From assembly GCA_943332855.1 (NCBI GenBank), contig CALQRA010000002.1, positions 19,154 through 83,153 on the forward strand: a DNA stretch of 64,000 nucleotides, in the 5' to 3' direction. This DNA comes from Candidatus Kuenenia stuttgartensis. Lineage in GTDB: Bacteria; Planctomycetota; Planctomycetia; Pirellulales; UBA1268. The position numbers and the translations under genes were made by a program. The notes beneath the pieces are model-generated. The model searched no databases. It saw only the letters and a program-made list of their open reading frames with translations, and was not told the origin of the DNA. This document shows positions 9,529 to 18,971 of this stretch, one piece after another; within the stretch, counting starts at the first letter, position 1, and every line of letters begins with the position of its first letter.

Positions 9529-10419
9529 ATGCCGCATCTCGAGCGGATCACGCTCCATCCGGTGAAGAGCCTCGACGGCCTCAATGTCGAGCGGGCCTGC
9601 GTGCTCCCCTGCGGGGCGCTGGCCAACGACCGCCGCTGGCGCCTGGTCGACTTCGATGGGCATGTCGTCAACGCCAAGCGGACGCCGCTCATCCAGCGCA
9701 TCCGGGCGACCTTCGATCTCGACGGCGCCCCGACGGTGGGGCTCTCCACCCCCCCCGACTGGCGCGGGGAGACAGCGCCTCCCCCCCCCTTTCCAGACAG
9801 CTTTCCCCTCGTGCCCGGGCCGGAGGGGCCATGTCGCTGGCTCTCCGCCGCACTCGGGGTGGAGGTCCTCCTCCAGGAGCGTGCCGAAGGGGGATTCCCC
9901 GACGACCGCGACGCGATGGGGCCGACGCTCGTCTCCACCGCATCGCTGAGCGAAGTGGCCCGCTGGTTCTCCCTGCCGCTCGGGGAAGTCCGGCGCCGAT
10001 TCCGGATCAATCTCGAGGTGGGCGACTGCCAGGCCTTCTGGGAAGACGCGTTGGCCAGCCCCGCGCCCCCCGGGAAAAGCTCCGCTGCGCCCGCCGGACC
10101 GGTCCTGCACGACCCCCTCCCAGCCGATTCCTGCGCCCCGCCGCCGCTGTCGTTTCGTGTCGGCGAGGCCGGCTTCACGGCTGTCAACGTCTGTCGGCGC
10201 TGCCCCGTGCCGGCCCGCGACTCGACCACTGGCCGCATCACGGAACACTTCCGGGAGGTGTTCGAGGCCTGGCGGCGGCGGCGGCTCCCCCGTGACGTCG
10301 ATGCGGCGGCCTGGGGGGGGCTCTACCGGCTGGCGATCAACACCGTCGGCGATGGGCAGGGCGGAAACGTGCACGTGGGCGACCGGATCGAACCGGTCGC
10401 CCACGCAGGTGATTCATGA
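9529..10419 (+). CDS. MOSC domain protein (MOSC_N beta-barrel + MOSC)
   Basis: ATG at 9529. MPHLERITLHPVKSLDGL...NDRRWRLVD is MOSC_N-like. The C-terminal part has the conserved Cys context VCRRCPVPARD. It starts 33 bp after the M50-MFP stop. Confidence 0.7.
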   Translation: MPHLERITLHPVKSLDGLNVERACVLPCGALANDRRWRLVDFDGHVVNAKRTPLIQRIRATFDLDGAPTVGLSTPPDWRGETAPPPPFPDSFPLVPGPEGPCRWLSAALGVEVLLQERAEGGFPDDRDAMGPTLVSTASLSEVARWFSLPLGEVRRRFRINLEVGDCQAFWEDALASPAPPGKSSAAPAGPVLHDPLPADSCAPPPLSFRVGEAGFTAVNVCRRCPVPARDSTTGRITEHFREVFEAWRRRRLPRDVDAAAWGGLYRLAINTVGDGQGGNVHVGDRIEPVAHAGDS

Positions 10420-10438
10420 CCTCGCCGACCGGAGCCGA

Positions 10439-12841
10439 TCAGTTGGGCGGCAGCGGAACGGAGAGGGCCGGATCGTAGAACGGCGGCGGCGGGATGATGA
10501 TGTTCCCGTCGCCATCGACGGCATCCGCGGGGAGATCCTGGACCGACGTGCTGAAGTTGAGCCCCTGGAGATTGGCCTCGTTGGCGGCCCGGATGTTGAG
10601 GATCCCCTGGCCGGGGATGACGACGACATTGGTGGCGTCGAACGTCCAGCCGACCGAGTCGAGGAGGATGTTGCCGTTGGTTGTGGCCACGGTGCCCGAA
10701 ATGATCGTTGCGGCCCCAGTGACCCGGTTGCTTACCACGCTGGCGTTCAGCACGGCTCCCGGCGCGTCGGCCACCGACAGGATGATCCCGTTGCCCCCGT
10801 TCGTCACGATATGGTTGTCGTTGATCGTGACGTTCATGACGCCGTTCTCGGTGGCCTGGGCCCGGACGCCGACCGGCACCAGCGAGAAGGTCGACCCGAC
10901 GACCTGGACGGTCGACTGGTTGCCGAACACGCCCGGGGCGATCCCGGCCGTGGCATCGACACCGGCGGTCCCGACACGCTCGAACCTGGTGTTCTCGACG
11001 TACGCCTGGCCGTTGGTGACCTGGACACCCGCGGCGGTCGTCCCCTCGATCGCCGAGTTCGAGATTCGGACCCGCCCCTCGTTGTAGATATCCTTGACGA
11101 CCACGGCCGATCCACCGGTGTTGGCAAAGATCGAGCTGTCGATGTTGACCTTCGGATCGCCCGCCCCGGCACTGCCACCGTCGACGATGAACCCGTCGGC
11201 CGTGAGGCCGGTCAGGACCATGTTCGAGAAATTGAGCGTCGAGTTCGAGCCGCTGGCATCGCGGATCACGACACCGGTCTGCTGGGGACCGCTGCCGACG
11301 ATCCGGACGTCGTTGACAATCACAAAGCTGGCCGGATTGGTGATGTCCCTGTCAGTGATGCCGACCCGCGAACCGGTGATCTGGAGATGGTCGACGACAG
11401 ATCCGTTGCGGAGCGTGATCGCCGGCGCGGCCCCCGAGGCGATCACCGGATAGTCGGTGCTCTTCACACCGCTCCACACCGGCACGAGGCCCATGTTCGC
11501 CGTCGGCAGTCGCATCGCCGACCCCTGGCCGACGAGAAACTGGTGATCGGCCGAGAAGTGGAACCCGCCCTCATAGGGCTGATTCGAACTGATCCCCTGA
11601 TGGACGAGGATGATGTCAAACTCGTTCGTCGCCAGGAGTTGCGCGTCGGCGAGCGTGGCCACCGGCGATTCCGCGGTGCCCAGCCCCGTGGCCGCCATGG
11701 CGGAGACAGACTGCGGCACGGCGGCCGTGCCCGCGGCCATGGCGCTGTCGACGTGGATCACGTTCCAGGGGGTGTTGGTGTAGGGACTCATCGCCTGCAC
11801 CGGCGCTTGGTGGGCACGGACGATATGCTCGTTGCGCATCATCGGTTGCTCGAGCTGATCGGAGACGTTCCGCCGCCGCGAACCCCCCATCCGGTAGGTG
11901 ATCCTGGCAAAGCCGGTCCAGTCGAAGTAGCTGTCGTTGTTCGCCTGGAGCGAGAAGTCCCAGTTGTTGAGAAACGTCATGTCGAGGCGGGTGTACACAC
12001 CGCCGAAGTACGGGACGACGGCGGCGCCGCTGGGGACGTTGTAGCGGGTGTTGCCGAAGGAGTAGCCTCCGACGCTCACCATGCCGGCCCAGTCGGAGAG
12101 GCCGGGAACGTAGGCACCGACTTCAAGATCGGCCCCGGCGAGACCGGCATTGATGCCGAGGACACCGAGGAGCGAATTGCCGACGTATGGCCCCATCGTC
12201 GACGCGGTGGTGCCCACCGGGATGTAGCCGTTGCTCCGCAGATTGCCATAGTCGGTGAGCCATTCGCCCGACACGCCGACCTGGTTGTAAGACATCCCTC
12301 CAGCGAAGACATAACTCCCGCTGGCGTCGTTGATCCAGGTGTTGCCGTACTGGTTTTGGTCGCCGTCGTAGTCCCAGTAGACGCCGATGCCGCCGATCGT
12401 ACCGCCGAAGAACTGCTTGCGGACGATACCGACATTGGAGAAGAAGCCACCGTAGTTGGAGAGATGACTGCGGAGATCAGCCGACCAGAACCCGCCCAGG
12501 TCGTCCTCGGCGTAGGGGATGAACCCGCCGAGCGTCATGTAGCTACCGCGGTAGCCGAGACCGCGGTCGGCGGCATTCAGCCCGTAGTACAGCCACCCAG
12601 GCCCGGTGTTGTTGAGGTTTGCGAACCCGGCAGCCGCCCGGTTCACGACGCCGCCGACCGGCGCCATGCCCATCTGCCCCGTCTGAGCGAGGGCGGTGCC
12701 GGACTGCCCCGCCGCCGTGGTGGCGACCAGCATGCAGGCGGCCATCGCTCGGACGCGACGGCGCCAGATGGCCATTCGGCCACGGCTGGCCTTCGGGCGG
12801 AAGCGACCGCTGCCGGCGGGACGATGCGCTGTGTTCTTCAT
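10439..12841 (-). CDS. Inverse-autotransporter-like outer-membrane protein with right-handed beta-helix passenger
   Basis: ATG at 12841 (MKNTAHRP...) with a signal-like AMAACMLVATTAAG. The N-terminal ~330 aa are G/Y/N-rich alternating beta-barrel sequence, including VGVSGEWLTDYGNLRSNGYIPVG (intimin/invasin beta-domain-like). The C-terminal ~450 aa are imperfect ~22-25 aa beta-helix coils (VVNDVRIVGSG..., NSAIEGTTAAGVQV..., INDNHIVTNGGNGI...). Confidence 0.65.
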   Translation of the reverse strand: MKNTAHRPAGSGRFRPKASRGRMAIWRRRVRAMAACMLVATTAAGQSGTALAQTGQMGMAPVGGVVNRAAAGFANLNNTGPGWLYYGLNAADRGLGYRGSYMTLGGFIPYAEDDLGGFWSADLRSHLSNYGGFFSNVGIVRKQFFGGTIGGIGVYWDYDGDQNQYGNTWINDASGSYVFAGGMSYNQVGVSGEWLTDYGNLRSNGYIPVGTTASTMGPYVGNSLLGVLGINAGLAGADLEVGAYVPGLSDWAGMVSVGGYSFGNTRYNVPSGAAVVPYFGGVYTRLDMTFLNNWDFSLQANNDSYFDWTGFARITYRMGGSRRRNVSDQLEQPMMRNEHIVRAHQAPVQAMSPYTNTPWNVIHVDSAMAAGTAAVPQSVSAMAATGLGTAESPVATLADAQLLATNEFDIILVHQGISSNQPYEGGFHFSADHQFLVGQGSAMRLPTANMGLVPVWSGVKSTDYPVIASGAAPAITLRNGSVVDHLQITGSRVGITDRDITNPASFVIVNDVRIVGSGPQQTGVVIRDASGSNSTLNFSNMVLTGLTADGFIVDGGSAGAGDPKVNIDSSIFANTGGSAVVVKDIYNEGRVRISNSAIEGTTAAGVQVTNGQAYVENTRFERVGTAGVDATAGIAPGVFGNQSTVQVVGSTFSLVPVGVRAQATENGVMNVTINDNHIVTNGGNGIILSVADAPGAVLNASVVSNRVTGAATIISGTVATTNGNILLDSVGWTFDATNVVVIPGQGILNIRAANEANLQGLNFSTSVQDLPADAVDGDGNIIIPPPPFYDPALSVPLPPN

Positions 12842-13235
12842 TGGATTCGGATTCCGGACGGTGGCCGGTTCGCAGAGTGGATTTCCACCGTGCGCCTCAT
12901 AACCGGCATGATCGTCAGCAGTGATCGACCCACTCCGCCCGTTACCATGAGCATTTCCGGAACAACCTCCGGGCGCGGAGCGGACGCGGCGATCGTCCCG
13001 TTTCCCCCAGTCGTCGCCGTCGGCCCCCACCCCGCTGCCGATCGGACCGAAGCCCATCCCCAGCCGGCCCGTTTCCCCCAGCTTTCGCGGGCGGGCCATG
13101 AAAAGGGTTGGGCCGCCGGTCGGGATCTTCAGCGGACCGCCCCAGACCGGAGCGGTGCGCTTGGAGAGCGGTTGGGCCACTCCCCCGGTCGACGGACGGC
13201 CACCGGGGGCGGGCCACGGCCTCATTGAGGGGCGT

Positions 13236-15239
13236 TCAGCCGTCGAACTCCTCGAGGCGGAAGCGGCTCACCGACTCGTTGAGCCCGTCGACCGCCCTGG
13301 CCATGTGGCTCGAAGCCTCCTGAAATTCGCCGAGCGCCTCGGCCGCCGCCCGGGAGCCGTCGGTGAGGGTGACCAGCGCCTCGGCGATCTGCTGGGCTCC
13401 GGTGGCCTGGGCCCGCATCCCCTCGTTGACATGGTCAAACCTCGTCGACAGGCCCTGCACCTTGCCGATCACGTCGGCGAATTGACCGCTGATCCCCGAG
13501 ACCCGCTCCACCCCCGCCTTGACCTCTCTGGAGAATGTCTCCATCTCCGACACGCCTGCGCTCACCGCCTGCTGCATCTGCTCGACGAGCCGCTCGATGT
13601 CGAGGGTCGCGACGGCCGTCTGGTCGGCGAGCCGGCGGATCTCCCGGGCCACGACGATGAAGCCCTGGCCGTACTCGCCCGCCTTCTCGGCCTCGATCGA
13701 GGCGTTGATCGAGAGGAGATTGGTCTGGTCGGCCACCTTCGTGATCGTCGTGATCACCATGTTGATGTCCTCAGCCCGCTCGCGGATGAGGGCCAGTCGT
13801 TGGCTGAACTGGTTCGTCGACTCCTCGAGGTGGTGCATCGTCTCCCCCACCTCCCCGAGGTTCTCGCGCCCCGCATCGGCCACCGCCGCCGTGTCGTTGG
13901 CGACCGCGGCCACGTCGTTCATCGTGGCGAGGAGCTCACGACCGGTGACCGAAATCTCGCGGCTGGCAGCCGCCGCCTCGGTGGTGCTGGCCCCGAGCGA
14001 ATTGATCGCCTCCTCCTGGTGCGCTCCGGCGGTCGCGAGATCGCGGGACGTGGCCCCAAGCTCGCGACTGGCCTCCTTCACCTGCTCGACGATGCTCCGC
14101 AGGCTCTCCGTCATGTGGCTGACATCCCGGAGCAACTGGCCCGTCTCGTCGCCCCCGCGCTGGTCGAAGCCCCCCGTCAGGTCGCCCGCAGCCACCCGGC
14201 GAGCGACGGCGGCGGCCGACGCGACCCGGCGCCGGACCCGGTTGGCCAGCCAGGTGATCAGGCCGGTGAGGAGCGCCAGCGCTGCACCAGCGGCGAGCAG
14301 GATGTCAAACATTGGTCGCTGGACCCGCCCCGTGATCTCGCGCCAAGGGAGTTTGACGACCACCGTCCAGCCGGTGCTCGAGCCCTGGGCCCCCGCAAAC
14401 AGACAGTCGGCACCGTTCTCGACGTCACCGCCACGGATGACCGAGGAGGGCGCCCCCACGAGCCGGTCGACGATCCGCATCCAAGCCGCCTCGGAGAGTC
14501 CCTGCCCGCTTTCGTCGGCCTTGGCTTCCGTGCTGGCGATCATCCGTCCTTCGGGGCCCACCACCGAGATCGCTGCCGACCATCCGGCCTGCGCGAGGCG
14601 GTCACGGATCTTGTCGAGGCGTCGATCGAGATCCTCGAGCGATGAGCTGACGCCGGCAGCACCGAGGAAACGGCCTCCGACGACGATCGGCCAGATGTGA
14701 TCGATGACCTTTACCCCACCGTCGTCGTGTGGTTCGGTGACGATGCCGGCGTCCGTCCGGGCATTTGCCTCGGCCTGCATCCGGCTGCGGGTGTACCCGC
14801 GGGCATCGGGCGACACCATTTCCGGCGACGAGGCTGCGTTGATCGCGCCGGGGTTGAGCGGGTCGCGGTTCCAGCCCAAAACCCGCGGCGCGGCGTCGGG
14901 GCTCCCCGGGTCGGGCTCGAGCACGTACCACGTTTCCGCGAACCTCGGCTGACCATCGAGGACTGCCCGGGCGAGATTTTCCAGGGAGTCATCCTCCCTG
15001 GCCACGCCCTGTCCAGCCGCCAGTGCCATCCCGCGCGCGGCCGTCAGGGCCTCGAGGGTGCCACGATCCAACTCGGCAGCAATGGCCGCTGCCTGTCCAC
15101 GGATCGCCTCTTCGGCCGATTCCCCCAGCACTTCCACGCCACGACGGTATCCCCCCCAGACAAGGATCGCGAGAAGAAAGAGCGTGAAGGCCCCGAGGAC
15201 GAGGATCCGGGGACGGATGCCGATGGCAGGGAGGCGCAT
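13236..15239 (-). CDS. Methyl-accepting chemotaxis protein (Cache-like sensor, HAMP, MA domain)
   Basis: ATG at 15239 and an N-terminal TM ([19 protein letters not shown]). A second TM and HAMP follow ([14 protein letters not shown]). The highly conserved MCP signalling hairpin is present ([39 protein letters not shown]). Confidence 0.85.
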   Translation of the reverse strand: MRLPAIGIRPRILVLGAFTLFLLAILVWGGYRRGVEVLGESAEEAIRGQAAAIAAELDRGTLEALTAARGMALAAGQGVAREDDSLENLARAVLDGQPRFAETWYVLEPDPGSPDAAPRVLGWNRDPLNPGAINAASSPEMVSPDARGYTRSRMQAEANARTDAGIVTEPHDDGGVKVIDHIWPIVVGGRFLGAAGVSSSLEDLDRRLDKIRDRLAQAGWSAAISVVGPEGRMIASTEAKADESGQGLSEAAWMRIVDRLVGAPSSVIRGGDVENGADCLFAGAQGSSTGWTVVVKLPWREITGRVQRPMFDILLAAGAALALLTGLITWLANRVRRRVASAAAVARRVAAGDLTGGFDQRGGDETGQLLRDVSHMTESLRSIVEQVKEASRELGATSRDLATAGAHQEEAINSLGASTTEAAAASREISVTGRELLATMNDVAAVANDTAAVADAGRENLGEVGETMHHLEESTNQFSQRLALIRERAEDINMVITTITKVADQTNLLSINASIEAEKAGEYGQGFIVVAREIRRLADQTAVATLDIERLVEQMQQAVSAGVSEMETFSREVKAGVERVSGISGQFADVIGKVQGLSTRFDHVNEGMRAQATGAQQIAEALVTLTDGSRAAAEALGEFQEASSHMARAVDGLNESVSRFRLEEFDG

Positions 15240-15426
15240 GGCGGGTGGATGGTGCCGGGCCGAAGGGGAGGAGCCAGCCCGGAGCGAAACCTCCGGGACG
15301 TTGAAATCATAGGTTACTTCCACGACGGCCCCTGGTCCCGCGACGGGCGAAAAACCGGTCCAGCCCGTATAACTGTCGCTTTCTGCCCTCCTTCGGCGCT
15401 CCCCCCCGCTCCCCCACGGTCTCACC

Positions 15427-16023
15427 ATGTGGCACCTCCAGACCCACGACGCGCTCCTCTTCGACTGCGACGGAACCCTGGCCGACACGATGCCGGCCCA
15501 TTACCTCGCCTGGCTCCATGTGAGCGATCTGCACGGGTTGTCGTTCGACGAGAACCGCTTCTACGCCATGGGGGGCCGCCCCACCCGCGACATCGTGGCG
15601 ACCCTCGCCCGCGAGGCGGGCCTCGATCTCGACCTCGACACCGCGGTGCGAACGAAGGAGGAATCGTTCCTTTCGCGACTGGAGCATGTCGCGGCCATCG
15701 ATCCGGTCGTCGATGTCGTGCGTCGGTCACAAGGGCGGATCCCGATCGCGGTGGTGACGGGGGGGCACCGGGCCGTCTGTGAACGGATCCTCGCCCACAT
15801 CGGGCTCGCCGGGGCCTTCGACCTGATCGTCGCCAGCGAGGACACCGCCCGCCACAAGCCCGATCCAGACCCGTTTCTCGAGGCTGCCCGGCGGCTCGCT
15901 GTCCGCCCGGAACGCTGCGTGGTCTGGGAGGATAGTGATCTGGGGATTGCCGCCGCCACCCGGGCGGGCATGGACTGGATCGATGTCCGCTCCTTCCATA
16001 CCCCAAAGCGGCTCAACCCATGA
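15427..16023 (+). CDS. HAD-superfamily hydrolase (beta-phosphoglucomutase/phosphatase-like)
   Basis: DxDxT motif ([12 protein letters not shown]), later VVTGG and a C-terminal [11 protein letters not shown] motif typical of HAD subfamily IA. Confidence 0.8.
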   Translation: MWHLQTHDALLFDCDGTLADTMPAHYLAWLHVSDLHGLSFDENRFYAMGGRPTRDIVATLAREAGLDLDLDTAVRTKEESFLSRLEHVAAIDPVVDVVRRSQGRIPIAVVTGGHRAVCERILAHIGLAGAFDLIVASEDTARHKPDPDPFLEAARRLAVRPERCVVWEDSDLGIAAATRAGMDWIDVRSFHTPKRLNP

Positions 16024-17261
16024 CGGCCCGTCGGCCCACCCCGGCGGTGACGATCGATACAATTCGCGCCGCTCAGAAGCGGATCGGGGCGGGGATCGCC
16101 CGGACGCCCTGCCCCCACAGCATTCCTCTTTCCGAGCTCACCGGCTTCCGGGTCTGGTGCAAGCTCGATCTCCTCCAGCGCACCGGTTCGTTCAAGGAGC
16201 GGGGGGCACGCAATGCCCTCGAGCTCCTCGACGCCGCCACCCGCTCCCGTGGGGTCATCGCCGCCAGCGCCGGCAACCACGCCCTCGGGCTGGCCTGGCA
16301 CGGACGCCTGCTCGAAATCCCGGTGACCGTCGTCATGCCCCGGTTCGCGCCGCTGGTGAAAGTGGCCACCTGCCGGCGCCTCGGCGCGAAGGTCATCCTC
16401 GAAGGGGAGTCGTTCGAGGACGCCCGGGCCAGGGCGGTGGAGATCGCGGCCCGGGACGGTCTGGAACTGATCCACGGCTTCGACGACCCGCGGGTGATCG
16501 CGGGGCAGGGGACGATGGCCCTGGAGGTGCTTGCCGACGTCCCTGATGCCGACGCGATCATCGTTCCCACGGGGGGCGCGGGCCTCCTTGCCGGGGTGGC
16601 GATCGCGGCGAAGGCCGTGCGGCCGACGATCTCGGTGATCGCCGTAGAACCGGCGGCCGCCGGCAGTTTCTCGGCCTCGCTGGCGGCCGGCCGACCGGTG
16701 CAGGTTCCCCTTCGGCCGACCCTCGCTGATGGCTTGGCGGTGGGGAAGGTGGGGGAGGTGTCGTTTCCGCTGGCAGCGCCGCTGGTCGACCGGGTCGTAA
16801 CGGTCGACGAACAGGCGCTCGCCCTCGCGGTCTTGCGGCTGTCGGAACTGGAGAAGACGGTCGTCGAGGGGGCGGCGGCGTCCGCGCTGGCGGCGATTCT
16901 CGGTGACGATTTGGCCGATCTCCGCGGCAAGCGGGTCGTGCTCCTCCTCTGCGGAGGCAACATCGACATGACGACGCTCGGTCGGGTCATCGATCACGGT
17001 CTGGCGGTGGACGGTCGCCTGTGGCGGTTCCGGACACGGCTGGTCGATCGTCCCGGCGGCATCGCCCGGCTGACGGCGACGATTGCGGCCGCCGGCGCCG
17101 GGGTCGTCGAGATTGTCCATGACCGCACGTTTTCCGGGGCTGACGTCTTCTCCGTGACCGTCGAGGTGACGGTCCAAACGGCCGACCATGCCCAAGTGGC
17201 CTCGCTCCGCGAGCGTCTCCGCGGCGACGGTTTCGAGCTCTTGCCCACCGCCGCCGGTTGA
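16020..17261 (+). CDS. ilvA: Threonine ammonia-lyase (threonine dehydratase), short form with one C-terminal ACT-like domain
   Basis: PLP-lysine motif SFKERGA, SAGNHA, and the glycine loop PTGGAGLLAG. The C-terminal regulatory domain is ~80 aa. Confidence 0.85.
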   Translation: MTARRPTPAVTIDTIRAAQKRIGAGIARTPCPHSIPLSELTGFRVWCKLDLLQRTGSFKERGARNALELLDAATRSRGVIAASAGNHALGLAWHGRLLEIPVTVVMPRFAPLVKVATCRRLGAKVILEGESFEDARARAVEIAARDGLELIHGFDDPRVIAGQGTMALEVLADVPDADAIIVPTGGAGLLAGVAIAAKAVRPTISVIAVEPAAAGSFSASLAAGRPVQVPLRPTLADGLAVGKVGEVSFPLAAPLVDRVVTVDEQALALAVLRLSELEKTVVEGAAASALAAILGDDLADLRGKRVVLLLCGGNIDMTTLGRVIDHGLAVDGRLWRFRTRLVDRPGGIARLTATIAAAGAGVVEIVHDRTFSGADVFSVTVEVTVQTADHAQVASLRERLRGDGFELLPTAAG

Positions 17262-17626
17262 CGCGGTCGCGCCCCCGGGCGCGGGCCAGGGGCAGGTTGG
17301 GGAAGGGTTGACGGCCACGTGGACGTTTCCAGCGCGGCGGTCAGGACTGGTTTGCAACCCCCTTCCGCGCCGATGAGCCATCGACCGGGAGGCGGCGCGC
17401 GCCCCCGCCGAGGAGACCTCGCGATGGTGACGCATTCCGGCAAGGGTTTGAGGTGCAAGGCAGCGAGTGCGCCGGCGGAGATCGAGGAGGAACGGGCCCG
17501 GCTGCGCGAGGAACTGCTCCAGCGGATCCTCGCCCGGGAGATTCGGCGCCAGGCGATGCGCCGCGCGCCGCGTTGAATCGACGGCGCCTTGGCTGTCGCG
17601 GGCCCGAGTCGCGGGGAGGGAAGCGC

Positions 17627-18901
17627 ATGGTACGACTCGCGCGACCCCTGGTGTGGTTGGTGTTGACGCCCTGGCTGGTGGCTTCGGCCCCTCCCGCATC
17701 GGCGCAATTCGCACCGTGGACATGGGGATGGGGGGCGACGCCAGCGGCCAGAGAGTCGTTCACGCCCGAGGTGTTTGCCGACTACCTCGGCAGCGGTCAG
17801 CCCCCGCATCCGGCCGTGGTGCGGATCATCGCTCCGGAGAACGGGGGCACCTCGATGGGCTCGGGGGTGCTCGTCGACATCAACGCCTCGCAAGGGCTCG
17901 TTCTCACCAACTGGCACGTCATCCGCGGGGCGTCGGCAGCGGTCCTCGTGCAGTTTCCCGACGGATTCCAGACGGCCGGGACGGTCATCCGTCATGACGA
18001 ACCCTGGGATCTCGCCGCGGTTGCGATCTGGCGACCGCGGGTCGTGCCGATCCCGATCGCCCCATCGCCGCCGACGATCGGCGAGCCACTCTCGATCGCG
18101 GGATATGGCAAGGGGCCGTTCCGATCCGAGGCCGGGCCCTGCACGCAGTACCTCGCTCCGGGAAGTGGCTACCCGCTGGAGTTCGTCGAACTTCAGGCCA
18201 CGGCCCGGCGGGGTGATTCAGGCGGCCCGATTCTCAACGCCCGCGGTGAACTGGCCGGCATCCTCTTCGGCCAGGGCCAGGGTCGAACGATCGGCGCCTG
18301 CTCGACCCGCGTGCAGACGTTCCTCGCCAGCGTCGGCTCGAAGGGCATCACCCCCGAGATGGCGGCGAATCTCCAGGCGGCACTCCCCGCAATTCCACCG
18401 GCTGCCGGGGGAGGGGGGCAGGCGTCCGCCGCGGCCGCAGCCATTCAGCCCTCGCCCCCGCCCGGCCCCCCCGCTGCCGGCACGATCGACGCCATTTCGT
18501 CCGCGCCCCAGCCGACAGGCATCGCCATGGTCGCCCCCGATGGTCGGCTCTCCCTCCCGTCGCTCCCCCCCCCACTGACGGATTTCCCTGGCCTGCCACC
18601 CCCGACCGATGGTCCTGGCATGGCCCCCACCCCGGTTCCCCCGGTGACGTCGACCGCAGCGCTGCCAGCGTCGATCGCCCCTCCCCCATCGGCCTGGGGA
18701 AGTCTTCCCGAGGGAAGACCAGTCGGTCGGACCGTCGACGAACTGCTCGACGTCCGCACCAACGGCCGGGCCCTGCTCGTCGCGGCCGGGGGGGCGGTGC
18801 TGACGCTGCTCGGCCTGAAGACCGTGCTCGGCGGTCGCCGACCACGTCGCGGCAGACGGCGACTCCCACCCGAAGACGACTTCGAGTCAGACGACGACTG
18901 A
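17627..18901 (+). CDS. Trypsin-like serine protease, membrane-tethered, Pro-rich linker
   Basis: ATG at 17627 with signal LVWLVLTPWLVASAPPASA. Catalytic motifs TNWHV (His) and GDSGGP (Ser) are present. A Pro-rich region is followed by a C-terminal TM (LLVAAGGAVLTLLGL) and a basic/acidic tail. Confidence 0.7.
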   Translation: MVRLARPLVWLVLTPWLVASAPPASAQFAPWTWGWGATPAARESFTPEVFADYLGSGQPPHPAVVRIIAPENGGTSMGSGVLVDINASQGLVLTNWHVIRGASAAVLVQFPDGFQTAGTVIRHDEPWDLAAVAIWRPRVVPIPIAPSPPTIGEPLSIAGYGKGPFRSEAGPCTQYLAPGSGYPLEFVELQATARRGDSGGPILNARGELAGILFGQGQGRTIGACSTRVQTFLASVGSKGITPEMAANLQAALPAIPPAAGGGGQASAAAAAIQPSPPPGPPAAGTIDAISSAPQPTGIAMVAPDGRLSLPSLPPPLTDFPGLPPPTDGPGMAPTPVPPVTSTAALPASIAPPPSAWGSLPEGRPVGRTVDELLDVRTNGRALLVAAGGAVLTLLGLKTVLGGRRPRRGRRRLPPEDDFESDDD

Positions 18902-18971
18902 CAACGCGGCGGCCGCGGTCGGGAGCAGGTGAATTGCCGGAATCGCGGCGCCTCCCGATACAATTCGGGAG

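Noticed and set aside
10157-13228. 1023-aa plus-strand ORF covering the whole inverse-autotransporter locus
   Set aside because: It is antisense to a protein with recognisable barrel and beta-helix repeats. Its own translation is R/D/G/P/V-rich with no motifs, as expected for an open antisense frame in high-GC DNA.
17319-17576. 85-aa ORF (or 50-aa version from ATG 17424) between the threonine dehydratase and protease genes
   Set aside because: The C-terminal part is helical and charged (EIEEERARLREELLQRILAREIRRQ) and could be real. However, there is no family recognition, the start is ambiguous and the ORF is short, so the support is insufficient to call it.
15561-17723. 720-aa minus-strand ORF over the HAD and threonine dehydratase genes. 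The same issue affects 26711-28714(+), 32394-34280(-), 34320-36737(-), 36476-37786(-), 41332-42387(-) and 47376-48956(+).
   Set aside because: All of these oppose well-supported genes and have low-complexity R/G/P/A composition without domains. They are high-GC antisense ORF artefacts.
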